DNA from: Takakia lepidozioides
Lineage: Eukaryota; Plantae; Bryophyta
Reading direction: 5' to 3'
Length of the DNA: 64,000 nucleotides
NCBI GenBank assembly: GCA_030704615.1
Contig: CM060732.1
Location: forward strand, 3,782,001-3,846,000
Positions 1 through 13,560 of the stretch are shown here, in pieces. A program made the position numbers and the translations under genes. Under the pieces are notes generated by a model. That model was not told where the DNA came from, did no database searches, and saw only the letters and a program-made list of their open reading frames with translations. Numbering within the stretch: the first letter of the stretch is position 1; each line of letters starts with the position of its first letter.

Positions 1-379
1 CAACGGCCCCCCCACACACGCTGCTACAGGCATCTTAGACTTTGTGATCTGCCCAGGTTCGTTTCGTGAGCAGGTGTCTGCCTGTACCGTCTCATAGCAA
101 TCATCCAACACACCTGGACAATTTTCACATTTACTTAGACAAATCAGAATTTACGCTTCCTGGGGAGGCGATCCGCTTTTTTTTTCAGATTAACTGTAGG
201 TGACAGTCAACAAAAAGTAAATTGTGTCAACAAAAAGATATTTATATATTCATGACCCCAGAGTAAGGTTTTTCATTTAGCCTCACTGACCATACAAATT
301 ATTGCTATACATTTTTATTGTCTAGTTTTATTATTAGATTATATTAAAATTTGGACCACCATCCATCCACAGGGAGGAC

Positions 380-590
380 AGTGCACCACCGGAGTGAATC
401 GGGGTTCAAATCTTGCTGACTTGTCAGGCATAAGAGCCGCTTTCTGGTGTAATAATTATTTTCTCCCCTATTCCCTTAGGTGACGTCCAATGAGCCTTTG
501 CTCATGGCCAGGTTACTTTGAAAGAGGTTATTTTCTCCTCTCACTATGATTAAGGGGCCTGATTTTGATCATTTTTTTTTTTATTTTTTT
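380..590 (+). mobile_element. tRNA-derived SINE, degenerate copy
   Basis: B-box-like GGTTCAAATC at about 403. The 3' body (ggttactttgaaagaggttattttctcctctcactatgattaaggggcctgattt) is nearly identical to 4278-4330. Ends approximate. Confidence 0.6.
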
Positions 591-1877
591 TTTTGGGGGG
601 GGGTAAATGAGGGAGAATGTAGTCAATTTGGGGACCTTCAATTGAGAATTGAATCATATGGACTATGCCCCAACGGTAGACGCAATTGACTCAAGTTTTT
701 ACTACATTTGTTTGCTGAATTTGGAGAAAATGTTTTGTTACAAGAGGGCTCAATTTTGTCAATGTCCCCAACACAAGTGGGTCCCAAAGGGAATTTCAGT
801 TTATCAGGGCTGCAATCCCCCTGTTTTAAAAAAAAATTACAAACGACTTTTGCACCCTTCAAAGGGCATGGTAAAAGGATGAAAATCACCCAAATAAACC
901 GTGAAGCCTGCGAATGTTTGGTAGCCACGCAGAGCGCGTTGAGGCAGAGGGGACAACGCTGACAGTGGAGCCCACGCGTGTGGGCCCTGCATTATATAGT
1001 TTAAAACGTACAAGTTGTGGTGAGTAGGCTCCTAGGTGTGGAGATCAAAAAATCCTCCTGGACTGGATGCAATCCTTCATTCAATGATTATGCGCCAGAA
1101 ACTCTCTCTTCAAGATAGAATGTTTCAAATTTTCTACTATCTTTAGAAAATATAGTAGACTGTACACAGTATACTTAACTGGCTTTCTAAAAAGTTGTTT
1201 TGGCGTCGTCACGGCTGCCTTTTATACTTTCTGGCAAGTTAAGCAGCCCATTACTTAAGCAGCTTTTAACAACAAGATCTTCTTCTTCCCTATCCCTAGG
1301 CTAGGTTCATGCAGTGTGCAACATGTCACATCTGTCACGACTGGAAGATCTTCCTCTTATTACCCATACAGCCTGCCCTGGATAAATGTTACCTCTATAA
1401 TCTTTAAACTACCATAAATATTAAGAAAATTTTACTCCATTGTGCACAATTCTTATTTCTTAACAAATGTTTACTCCCCTCTTCATTGATTTTCCCTTAA
1501 TAAATGGTAAGTGCATGATAAAGGCTGCGAGATATGAACTAGTTTTAGATAAGCTCCATACTTGCTCCAGCTAGGTTAAGAAAGAATCAATCGATATATA
1601 TGAAGGAAGTCAGTTTGTTTGTTTTGTTTTGTCACGTTGAGATGTCCGGAATCCGCGGGCCCCAACCCTGGTGCTTGGTACTACCCTTGGCAAGCCCTCG
1701 ACGAGGAGGGGTGCACCGACTTGGTCTCATAATTTTTGGAATTTCAAGTACTTTGGGTTGCTGGAAATTCATGAAAAATAACAAAGTGGGTTTTCCTGGG
1801 GCAACGATTGGAGCTGGAGATATATCAATAATGATTGGATGTATTACTACTCAGTAAATTCATGGAAAAAAATAAAT

Positions 1878-2160
1878 TGGGCCTTGTCATGGGAGATGTA
1901 TTTGGATACATAGGAGATTGCACTTGGGCTTAGATGACACGGGACATTTGGCCTCTACATAGGAGATGCACTTGGATACATGAATAGAAGATTGCACTGG
2001 GGCTTAGATGGGCCTCGACATAGGAGACGCACTTGGATACATAGGAAATTGCACTTGGTCTTAGATTTCAATTCTTCACACATGGGCCTTGACATAGGAG
2101 ACGCACTTGGATACAAAGGGGATTGCACTTAGACTTAGATGACATTGGACACTTGGGCCA
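1878..2160. repeat. degenerate tandem repeat (about 50-75 bp units)
   Basis: About 4 recurrences of cataggaga(t/c)gcacttggatacatagga-attgcacttgggcttagat. Confidence 0.75.
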
Positions 2161-4154
2161 ATGGCACAGGCTACCCTAGTACATCATAAAACATAACCTA
2201 TCATAGGGTCAGAAGGTAATACTACCAGGATTAGAAGCTAATACCATACAACAAGATATATGTTTAGCATTTCTAGACTTGAAATGGAGGTTGGTTTTAT
2301 AGAGATATGATAGCCTATATGACAGTTGTACCCGCATAGGATGTTTTGCAAGTATGAGATTGTGCCTCCAACTCCCGATGTGTAAGTGTCATTTTGTAAA
2401 TGTTAATGTGCTTTATTAATCCCTTCTTAACAGGCGAAGTGGCTCTTAGTTACGCCGGCTTCGGCCGGAGTCTTCTCTCCCTCTCGCCCTTCCTAACTGT
2501 TATTGTGTTAGCCTTGTCTAAATGTTAATTTTTTCTACTCCTGACCGTTAAAAATTACCAAGGGTAAACTGTACCAAGGCTTATTTTTACAAAGGGGCAG
2601 CTCTTGATGCTAGCCATGGTTGGAAAAATGGATTTATATCGTTCAAGAATGAGTGACATCTCTTCCAGCGGTTGGATTAGAATATATTCTCCTGAATGTG
2701 CAAACAAAAGAAGCTTGTTTAAATTTCTTTTATTGAGAAAATGATTGTACTGAAATGAAGGGACTGGTTTTGACGAAAGACAGAAGAAAGAATCAAACAA
2801 ATGTTGTGTTATAACTGTTGAGGATTCAAAAGCAAAAGTGTGAGAAGAGAAGAGAAGAGAAGAGACGGAAATGATCAGGGATGCTACAGAGAGCCCTTGT
2901 ATGCTACATGATATCCACTTCCCTCCTCCTCACTTCACTGGTGCTTTGTGCTTTCTCATGTCATCTTTGTCTCTGTGTCTTCCTAGCTTAACCCCTGAAA
3001 GACGACCCGACCCGTTTCTTCAGTTAGCTGTACCTGGTCAGGATGGTATCGGATGGAGGTGGGCCCAAAGCAAAGTTGGAGGTTGCACTGTCAGCTTTTG
3101 AATGCACTAAATACCCTCCCATTTAGATTACTACATGGCCACCTATGATTTCTGATATGTGTAAAAGTGCAGATTTTGTGTGATGTTAGCGTGTTGACTA
3201 GGTGACGTGGACCAATGATTGCCTAGGATTCCTGCCAAAGCCGCAGGTTGGATAATCCAACCTATGCCACATCCCCTGAGCCAAACTTGGAAATTCCAAG
3301 TGTGAATTATTGAATTCTTTTTGTATTCCTGCCTGACATCTACTCACAGCTGAAATTTTCAATTTCATGCAAAATTTTTGCTGCTAGTTGCATCCAAGGA
3401 AAAACCTTGTTCTTTTTGTCAACAGGTACCCCTAAGCAGGCACATACAAAGGGGCACTAACGAAAACATGTCATTACATACTAAAATTTGGACACAATGT
3501 CCTCCACTTGGAAAGTAGCAATTGGTCAAAAGTTGGAGGGGAACTCAAAATTGGAACTTAGAAGAAATTGGTGGTCAAACCAAGTTTTTCCATGAATTTT
3601 TGTATGAGCCTACAAATTGGGGGTCACTCCCACATTATAATCTTTGCTCATTCCAACAGTGGAATGACCTCAAAATTTTTGACCACCTATATGATGTAGT
3701 TACATTGTACATTGTACAACATTGTACGGTTCATCCATGTGGATGAACTTTGGCAGCAACATACATCCACTCCAGTGAGGCCATGTCAAGTTTTTCTAAA
3801 AAGCCACAAAAAAACTCTCGTCCTTTAGGGGTTAAAAGCGCAGAGGTGCAAAAACAAACAGGCACCCATCGTTTAATTAAATGCCCTCCCAGACCATATC
3901 TTCCTTCCCTCAATAAACTGCACCCTTGGAAGTTCATCCTAAAACCTAACTGAATAGCCTAACTTGTAAACGGGACTACAAATTTTGTCAACTATTATGC
4001 CTACCAGTTGCCCCCCCTAAAACCACAATAACACCGTAATAGCCCTCCTAGTCCCCTCCACTCTGCACCAACTCCCAGGAATTTGCGGGCGACCCTCAAC
4101 AGCGGTGACCCACTACCTCCCTCTAATTAACCTTCCAATCTTGAGCTCCAACAA

Positions 4155-4373
4155 CAGTCAGTAGCTCAGTTGGTTAAGTGCACTGAGTGCTACCCAGGCG
4201 ATTCTGGGGTCAAATCTTGCTACTGACGGGTGTGGTATGGTTCCTGGGTGGTGCCCCCATTCCTACGCCTCATGGCGGGTTACTGTGAAAGAGGTTATTT
4301 TCTCCTCTCACTATTAAGGGGCCTGATTTGTGAGCTGTCGCTCCCTCGTGTTTCCCTTTTCCAAAAAACAAAA
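4155..4373 (+). mobile_element. tRNA-derived SINE
   Basis: A box gtagctcagttggttaag (4161), B-box-like ggggtcaaatc, family 3' end gcctgatttgtgagctgtcgctc...tttccctttt followed by an A-rich tail. Confidence 0.75.
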
Positions 4374-5235
4374 CCGAAACCTTGAGATGTCAAATATAGA
4401 TATCCAAATCCAAACAATGATGAGCAAATCCAGTTCTCCGCACGGAACATATCTCAGAGCTACGAATTAATGAAAGCTGTCAACGTGTCACCGTCGACTG
4501 AAATAGGGTCTACTGCGCTCCGCCCTCCCGTGGGGACATGTGGAAGCTTCCTACTAAGGCTGTTAGACTGTACACTTACTGACAGGACAGATAACAGGTC
4601 TGTCCCTTTCCTGACAGGTCTGGTTATGTTACCTATGTGGCAGATAAGTTGCGTGGGCTACTAAGGCCTGTCCTCCAGTTACCTACTTACATGAAATTCG
4701 AAACTGAATACCCATAGTCCCAGACTCCCATACCTCCATATTTCCTTTTCTTTTCTTTTCTCTCTTGTGTTTTGTTTTTTTTCACCTAGTATGCGGGAAA
4801 GAAGGAATAAAACCCCAAGGAGCCATACAGCAAACAGTGACACCCATGCGGTGATGGACGAATTCATTTTCCAGCTTTGAAAGTGTCCTCCCCTGTTTTA
4901 AGAAAAGAAGACTTAGGAAAGACCTGTCCGAAATTCCTGGACCGCAATTCCTCCTCCTGCCTTGCCTGATTCCGACATGCAGGAAATAAGCAGTGTTTTT
5001 TGGAAGGGCATATGCCCGGTGGATCTACCATCTATACTGTTTTCATCCCTATAAACACAATTTTATTTAAATCCTCATATATGTACCGCTGGCCGACATG
5101 GACAAACTGTCCGACAAATATTTTCTCAAAGTGATATGATGCGGCAAAACACTCCACTCAATCGTGTTTCAAATTTACCTCCATACCACAATGCAACCAT
5201 GATGATTTTTCTTTTTAAATAAGAAATAAATAATA

Positions 5236-5473
5236 TTTTTTCTTGTTTTTCTTGTTTTTTATTTAAAGGAAACCTGCGAGCGACTGCTCACAATTCAGGC
5301 CCTTGAGGAGGGGAAAAATTAACCCCCTTTCATATAAGCCATTGGCCACACAAGAGGGAAACATCACCCCAGACCAACCGGGTCACGAAACAAACTATAC
5401 CTGCAGGACAGAGTGGCAGGATTGAACCTCGAACCACCAGGGTGTGCACTTATCCAACTGAGCTAGGATTTCC
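5236..5473 (-). mobile_element. tRNA-derived SINE
   Basis: Reverse complement reads tagctcagttggataagtgcac...ggttcgaggttcaatcc, with the same 3' end (gggcctgaattgtgagcagtcgctc) and an A-rich tail. Two more 3'-end fragments lie at about 5481-5522 and 5565-5630. Confidence 0.75.
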
Positions 5474-6329
5474 TTAAGCAGAAAAAGGAAACAACCACCA
5501 CGAGCGACCGCTCAAATCATATTAAAAATGAGTCGTGGAAAAAATAACACGACAGGAAGACACATGTTTTTTTTTTTTGGTAAATTTATAAAAGGGAAAC
5601 ACCTGGGAGCGACAGCTCACAAATCAGGTCACATGTTGACAAGGGTAGCCAACCACCCACGACTTTGCGGTAGGTACGAGCAAGCTAAGAAGCTTGTCAA
5701 CACAGACAAACAGTGCCTGCCTAACAACTAGGAGAAGCCGAAAAAGGATCTCCGCCTTCTAAAGCACGATCTATCAACAATTCTAATCTCTTTTCTATAT
5801 AAGGAAAATAAAGAAAAACTCGCTCAGTCTTCCTTCGACATGACCTTCCGTAAATTGGCCGCTGTGCGTTGCGATAGGCTCTGTGATCCGTGAAGCTACG
5901 TGGTAAATAAAATGAAAGCCCGATAATTCCGGTGTGCGCGGCGAGCGTGACGAAAGGGAAGGGTCAAAAATGATGGGCGCACTGACATAAGAAGAGGTCG
6001 GATGGCTCTGCGCTTCGGTCGGCCCTTTACGCGGAGCTCGGGTTGCTCAGTAACTGCTGCTCTTTGTGGCCTTGTCTCTGGTGCTGGGTGCTTTGCTTGG
6101 AATCACACTGCAGCTCCTGTAGGCCACTGCTATGACCACCCCAGCTACAAGTTCTCTAATATCTGACAGTCCTGGATGCTTCGAGCTAGTTGAGATGTTG
6201 GCTGGATTTGAGTTCCAATAAGTTGACGTGTAGGGTAGTCTTCCTGCATTTGTGAGTTCCAACCAGCATAGGAAGCACGCTTAATGGAGGCATTGTGAGT
6301 AAGAATGCCATTCTGTTGACTGCAACAAC

Positions 6330-6866
6330 TCGTCATCTGGCTCAATTCCTGTGCGGGGAACTTGTCACAGGATCCTTGATACGACTTTGACACCTGTGAG
6401 GCTGCCTGGATTTCCTTCTACACAAATGCAAAGCCTGCAACTATTATGCATGCCATATCTCTTGAGTGTGTGGAAAGTTTGGAAGTGTGGCTGCAACTTT
6501 CTTTAGACTTCTCATATTTCTCATGTGTCGGGCTGTACTGTTTCTTTTCATCAGGTTGCCGGATGTCAGCAACTCATTAACCGGAGCAATTCCAGAAGAC
6601 CTTGGAAACTTAACAGCTGGCACTGGACCAGATCCTGTAAGTGTTATCCATCAGCCGGCAGACTCTTCTTCAATCGATACTGTGCATCAAGGTATGCTCA
6701 GTAGTTGCCAGTCAACTTCATGTTCTGTGAGTTGTAGAGCTCGATTTGGTATTGTTGGTTTCTCTGATTAGGCAGGTTGTTACTGGCCGCAGAATTATGG
6801 AGCAAGGCAACCTGGTCGGGCAACTTCCAGCAAATATTCTAGACCTCTTCTACCTGCAAACATTGT
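6330..6866 (+). pseudogene. LRR receptor-like gene remnants (isolated short LRR exons)
   Basis: Plant extracellular LRR motifs DVSNSLTGAIPEDLGNLT (about 6562-6616) and GNLVGQLPANILDLFYLQTL followed by a GT donor (about 6806-6866). No continuous ORF. Confidence 0.55.
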
Positions 6867-7089
6867 GAGGATAAGCTTGACTTCCCTTCTCTTAAGACAA
6901 TGATTATCTTCCTAAGATTCGACTACTGCATACATGTTCAGCTTTAGATGTAGAGCCCGCTTGTCTCTGCGACTAATTTGTTGCACCGCTCCTTGGAGCA
7001 AGGCAGCATTGTAGTCTGGAGGTTGAGATACATTTATTGCCACATGGTAGCGGTGGTTCTGTACATGGTGTGCATGGCGCTTGTGTTAT

Positions 7090-7870
7090 GGATAGAGGAC
7101 GGCGTCGTTCCTGTCGTTGTGCTTCTGTGTGTATGAAACTTTTTTTTGTGTCTGCTGTCTCCTGAGCTAAAGAAGACGACTAGCCGGCTTGACAATACTT
7201 CATGTGCCGATCGAGACTGAGGTGGGGAATTTTGATAGTGCCTGCAGTGCAGGGAGATGAAGTGACAGTGTGCAATCATTCTTGCGTCTGTGCATATGTG
7301 TGTATATGTTTATACAGTGCCAATTTTCATCTGTCCAAGCCTTCCTGAGCTGAGGAAGTCGATTGACCCTTGATAATACATGCGCCAGCCGAAGCAGACA
7401 AGACAATGTTAATAGTGTTAATAGTGCACTAGAGGGAGAAGTGCACCATTCCTGCTTCTGTGTGTGTGAATTGTTGTTTGTGTATCTTCCTGCTAAAGAC
7501 TTCGATTAGTCCTTCACATTTGAGACACCTGCCAGCCAAGACTGAGCCTATGAGGTTGGCTTATTGATCTACTAGAATAGTGGAGGGAGGGGAGGCTGCA
7601 TCATCCCTGCTTCTGTACTCAAGTGTGTGTCTGTTTGTCTTCCTGCTAAAGAAGCGAGCAGCCCTTTAGGCAGTACATGTGCTAGAGACCGAGGATGTAG
7701 ATAATGAAGTGGAGGGAGAGGAACGTGGATCGTACGTCACTCCTGTTTTTGCGTCTCTGCGTGAGAAGTTTTGTGCATGTCTAACTTCCTGCTAAAGAAG
7801 TGATTAGCCACGGCCATCCGAGGCTGATATTGGCAATGTTGACAGTGCAGTCCGGAGGGAGCTGAAAGTA
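7090..7870. repeat. degenerate tandem array, about 5 units of 140-170 bp
   Basis: Recurrent ggagggagag ... cctgcttctgtg ... cttcctgctaaagaag ... gattagcc ... gactgagg. Confidence 0.6.
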
Positions 7871-8141
7871 TTACACGTCGAATTTACTGTATGTGCGTGC
7901 GCTTGTGTAGAAAGAAGACCGGAGACGGGGCAGCAGATTCCAATTGACTTTTGCACTATCAATTAGACTAGTTCGCCGCGATGACGATGTCGAGAATGTT
8001 TGAACTCTACGCGACGCAACGTCTCTAGTATCTTTAGTCTGCACGTCTGCACATGCACTGTCAGAAAGTTGCTAATGGTTACGAGCGGCTCTGGCACCAG
8101 CAACAGCCCATGCTCCCGCGGTTGCAGGCCTTCAACACAGT

Positions 8142-9335
8142 ATGGCAGGCTACTACAGTACACGGCAACGGAAGACATGGATGGATCCAGAGCTCTGGGG
8201 ATTGTTGCAGGAGCCTCTGCTGGATCTGATACTCGCTTATTTGCCACTTCCTGTACTCTTGCACCTTCGTGTTGTATGCAAGAGATGGCATCAACTTCTC
8301 CAGTCGCCCTACTTTCTTGAAGCTCACGATAAGCTCTCTGTAAAGTGTCCCTCCTATGTCATATGTGTCTCAGAGCCCGGATATTTTATGTTTCCATTTT
8401 TCCGGCAAGCTGGTCCAGAAGTTTATTTTCTCCGCAACGTTTCCCTCTTCTGCCCCTTCTCGAAGAGATGGTATCGGATGTCTCTTGATTTCCTCCCTTT
8501 CAAAGACTTCTACCTTACATCAGTAGCGAGTGGACTACTTTGTTTTGTTGCTTTTCGAGGGAGTCCTGTTGATACAAATCGCAAGGTTGTACTGGGGGTT
8601 TGCAATCCTGCGACCAGGGCGTGGAGGCAGCTGCCTCCATGGGACCACACCACCAAGTCCACACACTTGCCAGTTTTTGTAACAATGGTGGTAGATGATG
8701 CCACAGGGGCTTACAAGGTCATCGTGATAGACTGTGATCGGGCTTACACTCGCATGTACAACTCTTCAACGAATTCCTGGAGAGAGTCAGATGAGGTGCC
8801 TTCTATGCATGATCTCCCTTTTTACGATGGATCCCCCAATCAGGCAGTGGTTCGCAACGGGCTTCTTGTGTGTGCAACGCAGTGTAAAACTGCCATCTCA
8901 ACTTACGATTTGGAGACAGGTAGTTGGGAGACAGTCCGTGTGCACATACCCGGCATGCATAACATGATATATCTCGTTCAACTTCATGGACGCATTTTCC
9001 TTATTTCAAGAGTGATGAACCACAGGTTCGAAGGAACTGACAGGCTTCAGATTACGGAGCTTGATTCATCTGACTTGAGAAGCACCACTACATTGCCTGA
9101 TGTACCACTGGGACCATCCAAAACTTTTCTAGATCACTACAAGGTCTGCGATTATGGCGGTCCTGATCACAGTGACGATCTATGCTTTCTGTCTGTCACC
9201 AGTGGCGAGAGGTGGATCTATGATCTATCGCAGAGGTCATGGCATGTCATGCCTAGTTGCCCATACCCCAAGTTGAAGAATATGGCAGCATACGGAGGGT
9301 TTTCAATGAATTTGAGGTTGGACATAGAGCCATAG
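8142..9335 (+). CDS. F-box protein with kelch/FBA-like beta-propeller C-terminus (397 aa)
   Basis: F-box LWGLLQEPLLDLILAYLPLPVLLHLRVVCKRWHQLL, then plant F-box/kelch motifs SGLLCF, VCNPATRAWRQLPP, YKVIV, YDLETGSWE. Uninterrupted ORF. Confidence 0.93.
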   Translation: MAGYYSTRQRKTWMDPELWGLLQEPLLDLILAYLPLPVLLHLRVVCKRWHQLLQSPYFLEAHDKLSVKCPSYVICVSEPGYFMFPFFRQAGPEVYFLRNVSLFCPFSKRWYRMSLDFLPFKDFYLTSVASGLLCFVAFRGSPVDTNRKVVLGVCNPATRAWRQLPPWDHTTKSTHLPVFVTMVVDDATGAYKVIVIDCDRAYTRMYNSSTNSWRESDEVPSMHDLPFYDGSPNQAVVRNGLLVCATQCKTAISTYDLETGSWETVRVHIPGMHNMIYLVQLHGRIFLISRVMNHRFEGTDRLQITELDSSDLRSTTTLPDVPLGPSKTFLDHYKVCDYGGPDHSDDLCFLSVTSGERWIYDLSQRSWHVMPSCPYPKLKNMAAYGGFSMNLRLDIEP

Positions 9336-9569
9336 CCTCCTTTCAACGTAGTTGTCATTGCGCAATGGCCAGCACAAGTTGCATTCAATTTGCTGTTGAA
9401 TACGGGTCCATTCCACCACCTAGAGGCAGTCTAGCTTCATAGTATATTCACTGAATGTGTACAACATACAAGGTCTTTGCTCGTCTTTCACTCAATAATT
9501 GAAAGTAGTCTAGGCGAAGCTTCTAGTCCTTCTCTTTTCATTCTCCAACCCCTCCCACCCTGGGCTCAC

Positions 9570-12500
9570 TCAGCTACGTTATGTCCGTATACTCCAGACT
9601 GAGAATTTCGGACATGGTATTACAGTGAAGCAATCAATGATGTGCAGCTGCATCCGAAGATCTACTTCAGCAACTCAGGACTTTCTCTCTGTTTTTCAGT
9701 ACTCCTACTGCCGATGGGTGGGATATGATAAATTCCCTCTGGTAGGGAGATGACAGACGTAGAGAACCGACCTTGTCGTAGCCAATGTTGTCCAAATCAT
9801 AAATCTGGCCAAGAATTGATTTGAAGTGGTAAATCCTCTTATCCTTTCTTTCACTCAGACTTGTCGTTGTTACTCCTCTTCTTCATGTGGTGTGGCTACT
9901 TCTGTGGCTTCAAGGAAGCTGGAAGCTGTACCTGAGTATTCAGACAACAACTGCTGAAGTAGATTCTTAAAACCTTGGTCTAGACGTCTAGACTCACAGT
10001 TCTTGGAACCTTCGAGCGGTGCGGACCAGACGCATTTTGCAATTGACAATCCCACTTCGTGATAGGGCTCATGATAGGGCTTGAATACCACTCCGTCAGT
10101 TCCTTTCTAACTGTGGGGAAACAAAAAATTTACTTCCAGCATAACCATTTACCTCAAGTTCACCATTGTAAACTCAGTGTAAAACTGCCAACTCAGTCTC
10201 AGAGCATGATGTTGCATTAACCAATGCTACTTTGCAGAGAAAGAGAAAGAGAAAGATGTTGTAATTCATGTTTACTCCCTGCAGCCTTGCAAACATGCAC
10301 AATCAGACTCAGCAGGGGACACAAGGAGGGGATGGAAAAAGGTGAAATGGGTTTTGGCTTTCAAAATAGCAGAAGATAGTAAAACATCTTGAACGACGAT
10401 TGTTCCCCATGCAGATATTAGGCTCCCAAGGAGAGAGAGCTTTTGAATTGTCTACAGGCTGGAGAAAGAGAAAGAAAGAGTGTGTCCACATAAGCAGTAC
10501 TACAAGAGGAGACAGGGGACATACACACATACGTGCAAACATATGTCGATGCGGGAAACAGGCCTTTTATGCTGAGGGTACGTGGTTTCCCGGGGGGGGG
10601 GCGGCATCTTTGAGGTAACGTTCTACGAGCCAGCATAGTTCGGTGACAAAGTCCTGTTTTGCTGGCATCCAGTGTGTCTATCATTGAGCTCCTCCATTGT
10701 TTCTGATAGATAGCTTTCTCATTCATCAGCGGTGACAGTAAGGAATTCATCCAGGTGGACCAACAAATATTCAGCAGCCATTGGCATTGGCAGCATGCCT
10801 TACACCCCTCTCTCCCCCCCCCACCACCAAGAATTACTTCGACTGAATTTACAGATCCCATTGTAAGAAAGGGACGCGAGGAAGTTTTCACACTCACAGG
10901 AGGCCAAGAGGATCCCATGGGCCAGTCATCCAGAAACGATGAGATACTCATTGACCAGTCCCCGTAATAGATGTCATTTGCATGCAAGTTATAGCTAGTT
11001 CTACCCTCACCACCAAGCATTCCAACTAGGAGGTTTAACTGGTATCTGAAATATCAGAAAAATGATGCCCAGAATCATCTTTTATCCAGACATAATTGTG
11101 ACAGTACATGTTTCATCCGATTTCCTGTCAGTGTACACACCCTTTTACAGTAGCAATTTGAGCAACTCTCTTCTCCCTGCAGGAAAACCAGACCCAAAAG
11201 GTTGAGGCAGAATGCCACAATTGCAGGAACTTTGCCTCCTCAACTGAGGCATGAGGACTCATGTGTTGGTTAAGAAGAACCTTGTGATTTACAGCAAATG
11301 CCCTTGATGACCTTGCCCCCATAGAAAAGCCGCACCTGTAGCAGTGTTGGACATCAAAGGCCCCTTTCAAAAAGGGAGCGGTGTGTGAGTACTCTGAATA
11401 GCCAGAACTTTGGATTGGATTGAAAAATTTGGAAACAAACTCATACAAGTATATATCATACCAAAGATACACAGAGAATGGTAAGCCAGAAATACGCCAG
11501 GGTGCATCGTGGCTGATAGTTACAGGGTAACGATCAAGAACTAGATGATAGACAGTCCATCAGCTCCACATATTCTTGGTGTCAACAGGAAGGTGCTTTG
11601 TTCCAGAAGTTTGAAAAGAACAGCAGATAATGGTGAATAGAGTTAAAGCCTGCATTCATCTACCCGGTTAAATAGCTTAAATTTTTTCGTCTTCCAGTTG
11701 CTAATGTACCTCTTTCCCAGGAGTGTAATTTGTCATCTGGCCTTTCTGCTTACCAAACATGGCGAGATCTGGCCAGAGACCTTGGTATGGGACATTTGAT
11801 TCCGTGACTCGTCCAAGGTCTGACAACATCGGTCCCAACCCACGGGAAAAGACAAAAATGGAGGTCCAATTAGACACAGAGCAAGCCAAATACACAGAAC
11901 AGAGATATAGTGAAACAACATGTATCATAAACAGCACAAACAAGCTGAATTCAATTCGCCCCCAACACAAAGACTAACACTTTGATATGAGCATACAGAG
12001 CCTACCAAAGAGCTTTTGAAATGGATTGCCTTACTGTGCAGAGAATATCCTCAATCATCTTAATGTCGAATTCTGACAAGTTAATGTCTATGGACATGAA
12101 AGGCTCTGTACACTGGCTCTCATAATTTGATACATCATCTTCATCCCTTCATACTCTACCACATTTGGAAGACATGCAGGATAGGCAACTCAAGCTGGCA
12201 CTCAAGTCATGCTGACAAATGAAGCAAAAAGAGCTCCTGCAACAAGATCTTGGGTTACAGGGTTTTCATGCAATGCTGCAAGTAGACCATGGGCAAAATG
12301 GGCACAACCCCCTATGATTGGTGGAAGGATGCTTATGCATGCTAGTATTGTGGCATTACTGGAATGCAATTGCAACCTAAAAGCCTGTTGTCTTTGGGCT
12401 GTCCTCCCTCTTCAATTTTCGGAATTTCCTGGCTTGGAGTTCCAAACTGCCCTTCTGATGATTGCGAAGTCTTGCAATGTCCCTTTGCCTCAGTATTGCA

Positions 12501-13560
12501 GGCCTGGGGCCCCGAGCTTCTTGTTCGTGGAGATTCTATTAATGAATTTTTTCAGGCTGATAGCATTCAGCTCATGGTAGAAGTGTTGGGCATTTTGTCT
12601 GGTGTCCTCTGGCCTTCATTTCCATGGAGGAGGTTTGTAATCAAAGCAATTGTTTTGTTCCTCTTTCCTTTTGAAGTCACTATAGAGGTTGGCCCATTTT
12701 CCAACACAGAGAAAAGGACTCTGACATAATTCATCTCTTTTCTTCCCACCGTCAAAAAGAAAGGAACCATTGTGGGCAGGATGATGAGGACATCAAATGT
12801 GCCCTGATGCAGTACAAGGGGTATTCGTCCTGGTGAGATGCCCTCTTTGCAAGCATCCAAAGCACTCATTGTATCTCTTCATTCACTGAGAGGCTCGAGA
12901 TTATCCAAAGTTCCAACCAAACCTGTATTTCAGTGTGAGTTTGGGCCTAAGTTTTGGGGCCATGGTGGAGGAAGTTCTCAAGGGAATGGCCTTTCTCTCA
13001 TGTCTGGATTTGTTCCTCTCTCATGTTTTCTTCCATTTTGTCCCATAAGCTCTACGAGCTTTCGGCGGACTTTATAAAGCACCATTTCATTTCATTTCAT
13101 TTCTCATTGACGGTTGTAATGGCTGATAGTTGGGGGCCATTCTTTGCAGTTTTCGGTTTTCCTGTGTCCCAAAGCTCTCTGAGCTTCCCATGGCCGTCAT
13201 AAAGTTTCTTTCTCCACACAGCTAGGAAAAGAAAAGTATCATAGATGTGCTGTGATGAATACTAAGATACTAGGTGACATATATTGTGATGCAGAATATG
13301 ACCGTCACCCAGTGCACTTCATCTAGACTCAGATGGTGAATCCCACTTACTTGAGAGAAAATCTGGGCACAGTTGTAACTGTGTGAATGTGCATGATGTG
13401 ACAACGAGCAGCATGTATTCTCAGGAAATATTTGAAAGTAGAATCTTCGTCAACATCCGCCAAAGACTCGGATGAAGTAGCACTTGATCTCTCCTTGTCA
13501 GAAAAAAACCAAATATCATACCTAAACATAGGGTCCTCACTGTCACTCAGAGGGCCCATA
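9570..13560 (-). pseudogene. degenerate multi-exon coding remnant, unidentified
   Basis: Protein-like minus-strand segments with GT/AG borders, broken by stops and frameshifts (e.g. KDKRIYHFKSILGQIYDLDNIGYDKVGSLRLSSPYQREF; MSIDINLSEFDIKMIEDILCTVRQSISKALW; RRTLPQRCRPPPGKP). Family not recognised. Confidence 0.4.

Noticed and set aside
1010-2540. Possible solo LTRs
   Set aside because: LTR-like composition, but no TG...CA ends with a matching TSD could be fixed.
4155-4225. tRNA gene
   Set aside because: Has A/B boxes but no complete cloverleaf, and continues into a repeated SINE body.
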